From Planctomycetota bacterium (GTDB taxonomy: Bacteria > Planctomycetota > Phycisphaerae > Phycisphaerales > UBA1924): a DNA stretch of 52,913 nt. A program made the position numbers and the translations under genes. This document shows, piece after piece, positions 38,323-47,726 of this stretch (the first letter of the stretch is position 1; each line of letters starts with the position of its first letter). The notes below the pieces were generated by a model, which saw only the letters and a program-made list of their open reading frames with translations, made no database searches and was not told the origin of the DNA. The stretch spans positions 1 to 52,913 of the forward strand of contig JAEYTB010000176.1 in assembly GCA_023434205.1 (NCBI GenBank). Reading direction: 5' to 3'.

Positions 38323-39345
38323 TCACACATCCACCCACACGCCCCCCGAGCGGGCGCTGGTCGCGGCGGCTTCCGCGAACGCGACGGCCCGGAGGCCTTC
38401 GGCGAGCGTGGGGAACTCCCTCCCCAGGCCCTTGCGTGCCCGCCCCTCGCTCTTGGCCCGCACCGCCTCGTACACCCCCCGGTACAGGTTCGCGAGCGCC
38501 TCAACGCCGCCCTCAACCAGGCCGGGGCCGAACCGGGTCGCCTCGGCCCCCAGCACGCCCGCGCCGATCCCGCCGCGGGACATGACCTGCACCGTGCCGT
38601 CCCTCCCCCACACCCAGAGGCGGTCGGGCTGCTCGCTGCTCCACGCGAGCGCCCCCTCCGTGCCCTGCACACGCAGGCGGGCGGTCTCGTCACGGCCCTG
38701 GATGAGCAGGGCCACGCCGCGGGCGGCGCCGTCGAAGCGGAGAAGAACTGACGCGTCGTCCTCTGCGCGCCGCGCCTGGTTCATCGTCCAGTCCGCGCAC
38801 ACCGCCCGGAGCTTCAGCCCCGCCACGGCGGCGGCGAGCCCCTCGGCGTACGCCCCCAGGTCCCGCAGCGCGCCGGCGGAACCCGGGCCTCCCATCTCTA
38901 CCACGACCCGGCGCACCGTCCCCAGCCGCCTCTCGCGCACCAGCTCCATCGCCCGGCGCACCATCGGGTAGCCCGTGTGCGGCATGGCGCACGCGAAGAC
39001 GGTCCCCGCCGCCTTGACGGAGCGCACGAGCTCTTCGCCCGCGTCACCCGCGGGCAGCGCCGAAGGGTCCGCCAGCACGTGCATCCCGGCCTCGACCGCG
39101 GCCCGCACGAACTCCGGCTCCACGCCCGGGGCGGCCGCGGCCACCTGCACCCGCTGGTCTGCGGGCAGTTCCTTCTCTCCTGAGATCAGCTCGCGCCAGT
39201 TCGCGTATGGGCGCGCGGCCGCACGCCCGCCGCCCGCACACGCGACGACCTCGCCTTCTCCGTCAAGGGCCGCCGCCATCGCGTGCAGCGAGGCGCCCTC
39301 TCGGCCCGCTCCTACCAGCCCTACTCGCACAATCCCTGGCTTCAT
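38323..39345 (-). CDS. Gfo/Idh/MocA family oxidoreductase
   Basis: N-terminal Rossmann motif VRVGLVGAGREG and family-typical length. It lies immediately upstream of mmsA (an iolG/iolA-like pairing). Confidence 0.7.
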   Translation of the reverse strand: MKPGIVRVGLVGAGREGASLHAMAAALDGEGEVVACAGGGRAAARPYANWRELISGEKELPADQRVQVAAAAPGVEPEFVRAAVEAGMHVLADPSALPAGDAGEELVRSVKAAGTVFACAMPHTGYPMVRRAMELVRERRLGTVRRVVVEMGGPGSAGALRDLGAYAEGLAAAVAGLKLRAVCADWTMNQARRAEDDASVLLRFDGAARGVALLIQGRDETARLRVQGTEGALAWSSEQPDRLWVWGRDGTVQVMSRGGIGAGVLGAEATRFGPGLVEGGVEALANLYRGVYEAVRAKSEGRARKGLGREFPTLAEGLRAVAFAEAAATSARSGGVWVDV

Positions 39346-39463
39346 GACGCGATTCTACTGGGAGAACCAACCAAAGACCGCCCCATCCGAACGGTCATTC
39401 ATGCACCGGTCACTGCCCCCTTACCCCCTCCCGGGAACCTTCCTTTGAAAGGAGGAGTTCCCG

Positions 39464-40303
39464 ATGGAAGACACCCGCAAGGAGACCCGCAAGCAGGACA
39501 ACCCCCGCTTCGGCCGCGAGCAGAACGACCCGGTGAGCACCGGGAACGCGCCCGCCCGCATCACGCCCTCGCAGCAGGAAGCACCGGTCAGTTCCACGCT
39601 CGAGCTCGACTTCTGGCGTACCAACTACCAGCACCGCCCCTATGTCGAGCCGGGCGTGAGCTATGACGAGTACGCCCCCGCGTACCGCTACGGCTGGGAG
39701 GCCTACACCTCCCACGCCGGTCTGGGCCGGACGTTCGAGCAGGTGGAGCCCGACCTCCAGAGCCGGTGGGACCTGTACCGGGGCACCAGCAAGCTGCCCT
39801 GGGACAAGGCCCGCCTCGCCGCGAAGGACGCGTGGGAGCGCACCCACCACGGCGCGGACACCAGCGCCGACCGGCAGTGGGTGCCGTTGCTCGAGAACCT
39901 GCTCCAGATCTGCATGGACGGGGTCAAGGGCTTCCCCCTCGCCGCGGACAAGGTCGCTCCGCAGCACGCCGAGCTTTTCCGCACGTTCGGGGCGGAGCGT
40001 GAGCAGTGCGCGAACGAGCTGCGTGCCGAGATCGCCCGTCGCGGCGGGGAGCCCGAGAAGGAGGGCGACACCGCCGGCGCCCTCCACCGCACCTGGATCG
40101 CCATCAAGTCCGCCCTGACCAGCGGCGAGAAAGCCGTGATCGACGAGGTCGAACGCGGGGAGGACGCCGCCGTCTCGGCCTACCAGACCGCCCTCAACGA
40201 GAACGCGTTGCCGAACGAGCTCGAGGTCGTCCTGACGCGCCACTACACGAAGGTGAAGAACGCGCACGATCAGGTGGCCGCGATCAAGCACGCCCTGGAA
40301 TAG
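39464..40303 (+). CDS. PA2169/DUF2383 family four-helix-bundle (ferritin-like) protein with an N-terminal YxxYxPAYRYGW domain
   Basis: Strong SD, AAGGAGGAG, 6 nt before the ATG. The C-terminal half (LLQICMDGVKGF...GALHRTWIAIKSAL...ERGEDAAVSAYQTAL) matches my recall of TIGR02284-type proteins. Confidence 0.75.
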   Translation: MEDTRKETRKQDNPRFGREQNDPVSTGNAPARITPSQQEAPVSSTLELDFWRTNYQHRPYVEPGVSYDEYAPAYRYGWEAYTSHAGLGRTFEQVEPDLQSRWDLYRGTSKLPWDKARLAAKDAWERTHHGADTSADRQWVPLLENLLQICMDGVKGFPLAADKVAPQHAELFRTFGAEREQCANELRAEIARRGGEPEKEGDTAGALHRTWIAIKSALTSGEKAVIDEVERGEDAAVSAYQTALNENALPNELEVVLTRHYTKVKNAHDQVAAIKHALE

Positions 40304-40311
40304 GAGGAGTC

Positions 40312-40524
40312 ATGCACCGCTGGTCCGACCGGTCGCACGAGGACCGCGCCCCCGAAGAACACCGCCCCGGGCAGACGCCCGAGCCCGCCGGGCTGCACCG
40401 CACCAGCGGGGCGCACCGGCGCGACCGGCCCCGCTCGCGCTGGCGCCGGGGGGACCGCCCCACGACGGCCGCGGAGTGGGAGGTCGCCGAGTTCTACGAC
40501 AGCCTGGAGCGGCCGCGTCCCTAA
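40312..40524 (+). CDS. Small basic/acidic low-complexity protein (70 aa), hypothetical
   Basis: AGGAGGAG lies 2 nt before the ATG. GC3 is very high across the ORF. I recognise no family. Confidence 0.45.
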   Translation: MHRWSDRSHEDRAPEEHRPGQTPEPAGLHRTSGAHRRDRPRSRWRRGDRPTTAAEWEVAEFYDSLERPRP

Positions 40525-40532
40525 CCTTGTCA

Positions 40533-41606
40533 ATGCCGCTCATCCGGTCCACGCCCCAAGGCCTGTACTGCGAGGAGGGCGGCTTCCACATCGACCCTTG
40601 GGCCCCGGTTGAGCGTGCCGTCATCACGCACGCGCACGCCGACCATGCACGCCCCGGCAGCGGCTCGTATCTCTGCACCACCGACGGCGCCGGCGTGCTC
40701 CGGCTGCGCATGGGGCAGGGTGCGCAGATCTCCACGCTGGCGTACGGGGGCACGGTCGAGCAGCAGGGGGTCCGGATCTCGCTCCACCCCGCGGGCCACA
40801 TCCTGGGCTCCGCGCAGGTCCGCATCGAGCGAACGGTCGCGGGCGCCGAAGGCCCCGCCGGCGAGGTGTGGGTCGTCAGCGGCGATTACAAGACCGAGCC
40901 CGACATCACGTGCCGCCACTTCGAGCCGGTCCGCTGCCACACGTTCATCACCGAGAGCACCTTCGGGCTCCCGATCTACCGCTGGCCTTCCCAGGCCGAG
41001 ACCACCGCGGAGATCAACGCGTGGTGGCGCGCCAACCAGCGGGAGGGCCGCACCAGCCTCATCTACGCATGGCCCCTGGGCAAGGCCCAACGCATCCTGG
41101 CCAGCATCGACCCGTCGATCGGCCCCGTCGGCGCCCACGGCTCGATCCGCCGCCTCAACGCCGCGTACGCGGACGCGGGCGTGCCCCTGCCGGAGGTTCT
41201 CCGCGCCACCGGGGACGGCGCCCTGCCGCTCCGCGGCGCGGGCCTTGTGGTTGCCCCGCCCTTCACCAGTGCCAGCACGTGGCTCCGCCGGCTGGCGGGC
41301 GAGGGCGGGGTCGGCACCGCGTTTGTCAGCGGGTGGATGAAGGTGCGCGGCGCCCGCCGCCGCCGCAGCGTTGATCGCGGCTTTGTCCTCAGCGACCACG
41401 CCGACTGGCCCGGCCTCATGCAGACGATCCGCGACACCGGTGCGCAGCGGGTGGGCGTCACCCACGGCTTCGCGGGGCAGGTCTCCCGCTGGCTCCACGA
41501 GCAAGGGCTGGACTCCTTCGTCATCGAGTCCCGCTACGAGGGCGAGTCCGGCGAGACCCCGGAACTCGCCGCCGCGTTCGAGCAGAGCCTGGAGGCGCCC
41601 GCGTGA
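40533..41606 (+). CDS. Ligase-associated DNA damage response exonuclease (metallo-beta-lactamase/beta-CASP fold)
   Basis: LYCEEGGFHIDPW, the HxHxDH motif ITHAHADHA, and LSDHADWPGL. Its stop overlaps the ligase start. Confidence 0.85.
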   Translation: MPLIRSTPQGLYCEEGGFHIDPWAPVERAVITHAHADHARPGSGSYLCTTDGAGVLRLRMGQGAQISTLAYGGTVEQQGVRISLHPAGHILGSAQVRIERTVAGAEGPAGEVWVVSGDYKTEPDITCRHFEPVRCHTFITESTFGLPIYRWPSQAETTAEINAWWRANQREGRTSLIYAWPLGKAQRILASIDPSIGPVGAHGSIRRLNAAYADAGVPLPEVLRATGDGALPLRGAGLVVAPPFTSASTWLRRLAGEGGVGTAFVSGWMKVRGARRRRSVDRGFVLSDHADWPGLMQTIRDTGAQRVGVTHGFAGQVSRWLHEQGLDSFVIESRYEGESGETPELAAAFEQSLEAPA

Positions 41607-43366
41607 AGCGCTTCGCCCGCCTCTACCGCGCGCTGGACGAGACCACGCGCACCAACGAGAAGGTCGTGGCCCTGCGCAGCTACTTCGAGCAGGCGCCGCC
41701 GGAGGATGCCGCGTGGGCCCTGATGTGCCTTGCGGGCAAGCGGCTCAGGCGCACGATCGGCGTGAACGTGCTCCGCGACGCCGTCCTGCTTGAGACGGGC
41801 CTCCCCGCGTGGATGCTGGGCGAGTGCTACGACGTGGTGGGCGACTGGTCTGAGACGATGTCGCTGCTGCTCCCCGCGCCGGGGGCCGGCCCGGACCTGC
41901 CGCTGCACACGGTGTTCCGGGACTTCATCGTACCCATGGGCGCAATGGACGCCGCCGGGGCGATGTCCTTGCTCCGGCGTGCCTGGGGGACGCTCCCCCG
42001 CGACCAGCTCTTCCTGTTCCACAAGCTCATCAGCGGCACGTTCCGCGTGGGCGCCGCCCGCGGCCTGGTGGTCCGTGCCCTCGCCGAGGCCGCGGGCCTG
42101 GACCCGGACACCATCGCCCACCGCCTTGCGGGCCGGTACGAGCCCACGCCGGACGCCTACCGCGCCCTGCTTGCGCCGCGCTCGGCCGAGGATGCGGCGC
42201 ACCCCTACCCGTTCTGCCTCGCGCACCAGCTTGACGAAGCGCCCGGCTCGCTCGGCGACGCCCGCGAGTGGCTCGCGGAGTGGAAGTGGGACGGCATCCG
42301 CGCTCAGCTCATCCGCCGCGCCGGACGAACCTCCCTCTGGTCCCGCGGCGAGGGCGCCATCGGCCCCCAGTTCCCGGAGATCGCCCGCATCGGCGACGCC
42401 CTCCCCGAAGGCACCGTGCTCGACGGCGAGGTCATCGCCTGGCAAGGTTCGCCGGGCGACGGGAGTCCGCTGCCCTTCAAGGCTCTCCAGACCCGCCTGG
42501 GCCGCAAGGACCTCCAGCCCTCGCTCTTTGACACCACCATCGTGCTGTACATGAGCTTCGACCAGCTTGAGCGCGGAGGCCGCGACATCCGCGGCGAGCC
42601 CATCGACGCGCGGCGGGCGACGCTCGAGGGCACCGTTCAGGCCCTGCTGGAAGCACGGCCGGACCTTCCCGTGCGCGTCTCGCCCCTGCTCCCGCACGGC
42701 ACGTGGGAAGACCTCGGCCGCGCACGCGAGCAGGCCGCCATCGACCGCGCCAGCGAGGGGCTCATGCTCAAGCACCGCGCATCGATGTACCACGTCGGGC
42801 GTGTCCGGGGGGATGCCGCCTCCGGCAACGCGGGCTGGTGGAAGTGGAAGGTGGACCCGTACACCGTCGACGCGGTGCTCCTCTACGCGCAGCCAGGCTC
42901 GGGCCGGCGTGCGGGGCTCTACACCGACTACACCTTCGCGGTGTGGCACGGCGATCAGCTCGTCCCCTTCGCGAAGGCCTACTCCGGGCTGACCGACGAG
43001 GAGATCCGGCGCGTTGACGCCTTTGTCCGCCGCCACACGCTGGACCGGCGCGGGCCCGTCCGCTTCCTGGAACCCAGGCTTGTCTTCGAGATCGCGTTCC
43101 AGGAGATCCACCCCTCGACACGCCACCGCTCCGGCGTCGCGGTCCGCTTCCCCCGCATCACACGCTGGCGCGAGGACAAGACCCCGGATCAGGCCGACAC
43201 GCTCGAGACTCTGCTCACACTGGTGGCGATGGACCCGCGAGCCGGCCCGCTCAGGGCTCCGACTCGGCCCGGCGCGGCGCCTCGGGCGCGGGCGGCTCCG
43301 CGCGCGTCCCCGGCTCTGCGCCCCGACCGGGAGCGGCCCGGTCCTCCTTCGGCTCCGGCCGGCTGA
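41603..43366 (+). CDS. ATP-dependent DNA ligase (ligase-associated damage-response type)
   Basis: Adenylation motif EWKWDGIRAQ, plus LMLKHRASMYHVGR and WWKWKVDP motifs and an OB-fold C-terminus. The last approximately 38 codons overlap the convergent AI-2E gene. Confidence 0.9.
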   Translation: MKRFARLYRALDETTRTNEKVVALRSYFEQAPPEDAAWALMCLAGKRLRRTIGVNVLRDAVLLETGLPAWMLGECYDVVGDWSETMSLLLPAPGAGPDLPLHTVFRDFIVPMGAMDAAGAMSLLRRAWGTLPRDQLFLFHKLISGTFRVGAARGLVVRALAEAAGLDPDTIAHRLAGRYEPTPDAYRALLAPRSAEDAAHPYPFCLAHQLDEAPGSLGDAREWLAEWKWDGIRAQLIRRAGRTSLWSRGEGAIGPQFPEIARIGDALPEGTVLDGEVIAWQGSPGDGSPLPFKALQTRLGRKDLQPSLFDTTIVLYMSFDQLERGGRDIRGEPIDARRATLEGTVQALLEARPDLPVRVSPLLPHGTWEDLGRAREQAAIDRASEGLMLKHRASMYHVGRVRGDAASGNAGWWKWKVDPYTVDAVLLYAQPGSGRRAGLYTDYTFAVWHGDQLVPFAKAYSGLTDEEIRRVDAFVRRHTLDRRGPVRFLEPRLVFEIAFQEIHPSTRHRSGVAVRFPRITRWREDKTPDQADTLETLLTLVAMDPRAGPLRAPTRPGAAPRARAAPRASPALRPDRERPGPPSAPAG

Positions 43367-45245
43367 CCTTCGGCAGCGATTCCCTGAAGTACCGCAGCAC
43401 CTCCTCCATGCTGCCGACGATCCCCGCGAAACCGGAGATTTCGAGGCGCTGCCTGAGCGAGGCCTCGGGCCCCACGCCCCACGCGCCGGCGATGAACGTG
43501 AGGCCCGGCACCCGCCGGCGAGCGATCTTGGCCCGCGCCCGCGCGTGCGTCGCGGCGTGCGGGGGCACGGACGAGATCAGCACCAGGTCCGGCTTGTACT
43601 CGCCCACCACCGCCGCGAGGTCGTTGCCCAGTTCGTCCACGCTCATGGCGCGGACCCCGACGCCGAGCCCGGGCCCGAGCATCTCCACCATCTGCCCCGC
43701 GATCGCGTCCGCCTCGTCGCGCGCCGGGATGCACAGCAGCCGCAGACGCTCCAGCGGCGTGGGCAGGCGCGGCGGGGTCAGCTTGCCGTTGATCCCGTAG
43801 TCCTCGCGCGACAGCGCGAGCTCGCCCGCGCGCAAGGCCGCGTCCTCCACCACCTCCGACGCGATCTGCAGGATGAACTCATAGTGGGGCCTGTCCAGCG
43901 TCCCGTCTTCCAGCTCGCAGTCTGCGTTCTTGAGGGCGGGCAGCACAACGTCGTCGTAGAGCTCCGCCAGCGTGTGCTCTTCGAGGTAGTTCATCGCGAC
44001 CTCGGCCGCCTCCTCCCCGGCCATCGCGATCAGCCGCTGGTAGAACTTCTGCCTTGGCGGCAGCACGGGCGTATCGCCCAGCAGGACATTCAGGAACGTG
44101 AGCTGCGGGACGTGCCGGCCCGCGACCACCAGGCACACCGTGAGAGGGGTCGCCAGCAGCAGCCCGGGGATTCCCCACAGCCAGCCCCAGAACACCGCGG
44201 CCAGCAGCAGTGAGAGCGCGGAGATCCCCGTCGAGGACCCGTACATGTGCGGCTCGACGAAGTTGTTGGTGATCACCTCGAACGTGATCAGGAACAGCAG
44301 CACGTAGATCGGCTGCTGCCACCCCTCGGATGTCGCCACCGACAGCGCCAGGGGGAGCACCCCGGCTGTGATCCCCCCGATGTACGGGATGTAGCGCAGC
44401 GCGCCGTTCAGGAACCCCCACAGCAGCGCATTGGGCACGCCGATCACCGCCAGGCCGATGCCGATCCCAACGCCGTTCATGGCGTTGACCATGAACTGCA
44501 TGCGCAGGAAGCGTCCGATCCGCTGCGAGAGCTCGCCGAGCGCGGCCGTCGTCGTGGTCACCCTGCCCGCGCTGATGAGCCGGATGATCCGGTCGCGCAT
44601 GTCGTCCCACTGGATGAGGATGAACACGGCGAACACGAGCATGATGCCGATGGTCGCAAGTGGCGGGAACAGGCTGCCCGCGTAGGCGGTCAGCGTGCTG
44701 ACGGCGTCGGGGTCGGGCTCGACGACGTCAACGGGGACCGGCGCGACGCCGCCCGTCTCGGCGGCGAGCGCCTCGCCGCGGAGTTCCTTCACCATCTCGG
44801 TCATGCGGGCGAAGGCGTGCCCGGCGGGCCCGCGGAGCCCGCCGATCTTCTCACGGATGTTGTCGGTGTACTGCGGCAGCGTGGTGGCCACGTGAACGAA
44901 CTGGTCGAACACCAGCCAGCCCACACCCACAACCGGCAGGATCGCGACGATCGACACCGCCAGCACCGCGAGCACGTGGCCGACCCCCGCCCGCTCGAGC
45001 CGCGCCACCAGCGGCTGGAGGAGCATGGCGATGAACACCGCCAGCGCGAGCGGGATCACCACCTCCTTCGCCACCGCCAGGAACACCACGACCCCCGCGA
45101 TCACCGCGAGCGTCGTGACGCGGGGCGTCTGGATCGCGGCGGGCTGGAGGAGCAGGGGCGCTGCGCGCTCCGGCTCGGGTTTCTGCGAGCGGCCCAGCAG
45201 GTGTCTGATCCGGGCCGTGAACTTGTGGCGGCGGTGTTGTTCCAT
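43251..45245 (-). CDS. AI-2E (PerM/UPF0118) family permease fused to a cytoplasmic B12-binding-domain-like C-terminal module
   Basis: AI-2E TM core (FLRMQFMVNAMNGVGIGIGL, FVEPHMYGSSTGISAL). The C-terminal roughly 268 aa combine a helical cap and a Rossmann-like segment (RLLCIPARDEADAIAG...YKPDLVLISSV). I prefer the ATG at 45245 over the GTG at 45284. Confidence 0.8.
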   Translation of the reverse strand: MEQHRRHKFTARIRHLLGRSQKPEPERAAPLLLQPAAIQTPRVTTLAVIAGVVVFLAVAKEVVIPLALAVFIAMLLQPLVARLERAGVGHVLAVLAVSIVAILPVVGVGWLVFDQFVHVATTLPQYTDNIREKIGGLRGPAGHAFARMTEMVKELRGEALAAETGGVAPVPVDVVEPDPDAVSTLTAYAGSLFPPLATIGIMLVFAVFILIQWDDMRDRIIRLISAGRVTTTTAALGELSQRIGRFLRMQFMVNAMNGVGIGIGLAVIGVPNALLWGFLNGALRYIPYIGGITAGVLPLALSVATSEGWQQPIYVLLFLITFEVITNNFVEPHMYGSSTGISALSLLLAAVFWGWLWGIPGLLLATPLTVCLVVAGRHVPQLTFLNVLLGDTPVLPPRQKFYQRLIAMAGEEAAEVAMNYLEEHTLAELYDDVVLPALKNADCELEDGTLDRPHYEFILQIASEVVEDAALRAGELALSREDYGINGKLTPPRLPTPLERLRLLCIPARDEADAIAGQMVEMLGPGLGVGVRAMSVDELGNDLAAVVGEYKPDLVLISSVPPHAATHARARAKIARRRVPGLTFIAGAWGVGPEASLRQRLEISGFAGIVGSMEEVLRYFRESLPKVSRPEPKEDRAAPGRGAEPGTRAEPPAPEAPRRAESEP

Positions 45246-45325
45246 GCACGCCGCGCCCGCAGGCCCGGCAGGCCAGCTTTCCACCGCCCGCTAAGCCGGG
45301 GTGCGCCCAGCCCGTGAATGGCCCT

Positions 45326-45808
45326 TCACCGGCTTGCGAGCACGGCCTCGAGCAGCCCGTCGGAGGACGCCGCCAGCATGTCGTACACCCGGGAAAAGCC
45401 GTCCCCCTGCCCGTAATAGGGGTCCGGCACGTCCAGTTCATGCTCCGGCGCCCCCTGCATCGCAGGGTCGAACGAACGGATCAGGTGGACCCGCTCCCGC
45501 GGCGCGCCCGCCGCGATCACGTTCGCCCGGTTCTCCCGGTCCATGGCGATCAGCCAGTGGAAACGGCTGAAGTCCACGCGCGGATCGAGTTGCCGGGCGC
45601 AGTGCGGGAGGGTCAATCCTCGGCGCTGCGCGATCTCCACCGACCTGCGGTCCGCCCCCTCCCCCACGTGCCAATGACCGGTGCCGCACGAATCGATGTC
45701 GAGCAGCTCGAGTACACCACGCCGGTGCGCGTGCGCGGCGAAAATCACCCGGGCCAGCGGCGAGCGGCAGATGTTCCCCAGGCACACGAACAGCACGCCC
45801 GTCCTCAC
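45326..45808 (-). CDS. Low-molecular-weight protein-tyrosine phosphatase
   Basis: VLFVCLGNICRSP is the CX5R(S) loop, and DPYY carries the Asp. The GTG start overlaps the upstream stop (GTGA). Confidence 0.85.
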   Translation of the reverse strand: MRTGVLFVCLGNICRSPLARVIFAAHAHRRGVLELLDIDSCGTGHWHVGEGADRRSVEIAQRRGLTLPHCARQLDPRVDFSRFHWLIAMDRENRANVIAAGAPRERVHLIRSFDPAMQGAPEHELDVPDPYYGQGDGFSRVYDMLAASSDGLLEAVLASR

Positions 45809-46986
45809 CCGCCCCTCCTGCGCGCCAGGACCCGCTGCCACGCCCCTGTCACCTCATCCGTCATGCCCCTCGCCGGCGCCGTCACCGAACGCGCCAGCAG
45901 CTCCGCCCGGCACGCCCGCAGCGGCCGGCCCTCGTGCTCCAGCAGCGCGAACACTCGCTTGGCGATCGCCGCGTGGTCCGCGCTGGGCGTCAGGCACGCG
46001 TGGGCGCCGATGGGCAGCAGCTGCTCCGCCCACGCCGAGCTGGGGATCAGCACCGGCAGCCCCTGCCCCGCGGCACGCGCCACCGCCAGCTTGGTCGAGA
46101 AGGCCGGCTCGGTCAGGGCCTCCGACTCCGACCACGACCGCGCGACGCACACGCCCACGTCGCACGCAGGCGCCACCTCCGACAGCGGCTCGTCCGTCAC
46201 GCGCAGCCCGTGGACGTACCCGCCCCGCTGCACGTGCCGCAGCGCCCTGTCGAACTGCCCACACCCCCGCGGCAGGACCAAGGTCGCCCGCACCCCCGCC
46301 ACGTGCAGGATGCTCAGCGCGTAGAGCACCGGCACGGCGTCCAGCGCTTCAGGCGGGTCCCCCACCACCGTGACCAGCAGCGAACCTTCCGGCGCCGCCA
46401 GGCGCGCCCGCAGCGCCGAAGCATCCCCCACCGGGGCCACGGGCGGCAGCCACGCGGTCAACGCCTGCGTCAGCGGGTCGTGCGGGGTGGCATGATCGCG
46501 CACCTCCAGAACCCCGGCGTGCAGGTCCACGATCATCCACGTGCTGCCCGGCGTCCGCGGGGCGACCCGGTCGCGCAGCGGCGCGAAGTCTCCGCCCCAG
46601 CACTGCACGATCTCCGGCGCCGGCCCGTCCGTCAGCACGCCCCACACCGCCGCCGCCGCGAGTTCCGGGCGCGAGAAGGGCGGCGCCACGCGGAGCTGCG
46701 CCGTCAGACCGAGCCTGGCGGCCCGCCGGCCGGCGTCGTTGCCGCCAAAGACGCACACGCGGTGGTGGTGCTGCGGGGCCGCCGCGATCGCCGCGGCGCA
46801 CGCCCAGACCGCCGCGTCGGCCCCGGTGACGCTCCTCCGCGACCCCTGGGACCAGCGGCCGGGCCTGAGCGACAACGCGGGCCCTGCGACGGGCCCGCCG
46901 GGGAGCACCAGGTGGAGCACGCGGCCCCCGCCCGGCTCACCGGGCGCGTGCATCGCAGCCGCCGCCTGCTGGGCTTCTGCGTTCAC
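45805..46986 (-). CDS. Glycosyltransferase-like (GT-B/GT4-like, divergent) protein
   Basis: The C-terminal half resembles a GT-B Rossmann domain (LAVARAAGQGLPVLIPSS...). The motifs are degenerate, so the assignment is tentative. Confidence 0.45.
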   Translation of the reverse strand: MNAEAQQAAAAMHAPGEPGGGRVLHLVLPGGPVAGPALSLRPGRWSQGSRRSVTGADAAVWACAAAIAAAPQHHHRVCVFGGNDAGRRAARLGLTAQLRVAPPFSRPELAAAAVWGVLTDGPAPEIVQCWGGDFAPLRDRVAPRTPGSTWMIVDLHAGVLEVRDHATPHDPLTQALTAWLPPVAPVGDASALRARLAAPEGSLLVTVVGDPPEALDAVPVLYALSILHVAGVRATLVLPRGCGQFDRALRHVQRGGYVHGLRVTDEPLSEVAPACDVGVCVARSWSESEALTEPAFSTKLAVARAAGQGLPVLIPSSAWAEQLLPIGAHACLTPSADHAAIAKRVFALLEHEGRPLRACRAELLARSVTAPARGMTDEVTGAWQRVLARRRGG

Positions 46987-47024
46987 GCGCGGTGTTCCCT
47001 GGGAGTCATAGGGCGGATCGTAGA

Positions 47025-47702
47025 TCAGTTCCCCTGCCGGATGCTCTCGCGCGTCTCGTACTCAAAGAACAGCCGCGCGACCTCCAGGCCCGTCCGGTCC
47101 GCCAGCGCGTTGAGCGCGTTGACCTGCTCCGTCGCCGACCGAGGCACGGTCCCCGAGGCCAGCCGCAGCGTCACCGCCAGCGGGTGCCCCTCCACCTTCT
47201 CCGGCCACAGCCGCTTGCGCGTGACGGCGTCGATCACCTTGACATGGGCCCGGGCCTGCGGGCTGAATGTCTGCCCGTCGGAACTGAGCGAGAACGAGTC
47301 CATGTGGACGTACACCACGACCTCGGCCTGCACCGCGCGGCCCAGCGAGCTGATGTCCAGCGGCTGGCCCGCGCTCTCGCGCTGGGCCACCTGCATCGCC
47401 GCGGAGGCGTCGATCACATTGGTCAGCTTGCCCTGCTTGAGCAACTCCTCCTGCGCCACCTTGGCGATCTGCGTGCGGAGCGTGCGCCGGGACAGCACGT
47501 TGTTGATGTCGTCCACAAACACCACGGCGGGCCGGTCCTTGGGCAGCGTGAACTGGGCGGGGGTTTTCTCCGGCCCCTTCACCAGCACGTAGCCGGCGCC
47601 GATGATGTTGCACCCCGCCAGCCCCGCCAGCCCCGCCAGCGCCGTGCAGACGGCCAGGCCCACGATGATTCGCAGCACGCTCTTCAAGTCTTGTCCTCGC
47701 AT
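47025..47702 (-). CDS. Lipoprotein, unknown function (paralog A)
   Basis: ATG start and lipobox LAGC. The domain layout parallels the upstream lipoprotein. Confidence 0.65.
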   Translation of the reverse strand: MRGQDLKSVLRIIVGLAVCTALAGLAGLAGCNIIGAGYVLVKGPEKTPAQFTLPKDRPAVVFVDDINNVLSRRTLRTQIAKVAQEELLKQGKLTNVIDASAAMQVAQRESAGQPLDISSLGRAVQAEVVVYVHMDSFSLSSDGQTFSPQARAHVKVIDAVTRKRLWPEKVEGHPLAVTLRLASGTVPRSATEQVNALNALADRTGLEVARLFFEYETRESIRQGN

Positions 47703-47726
47703 TGGTCGCCCGGGTCCGTCGGGCCC

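Noticed and set aside
41534-43126. 530-aa ORF antisense to the DNA ligase gene
   Set aside because: It has no motifs and a low-complexity composition. The ligase frame carries the KxDG adenylation motif and the OB-fold motifs.
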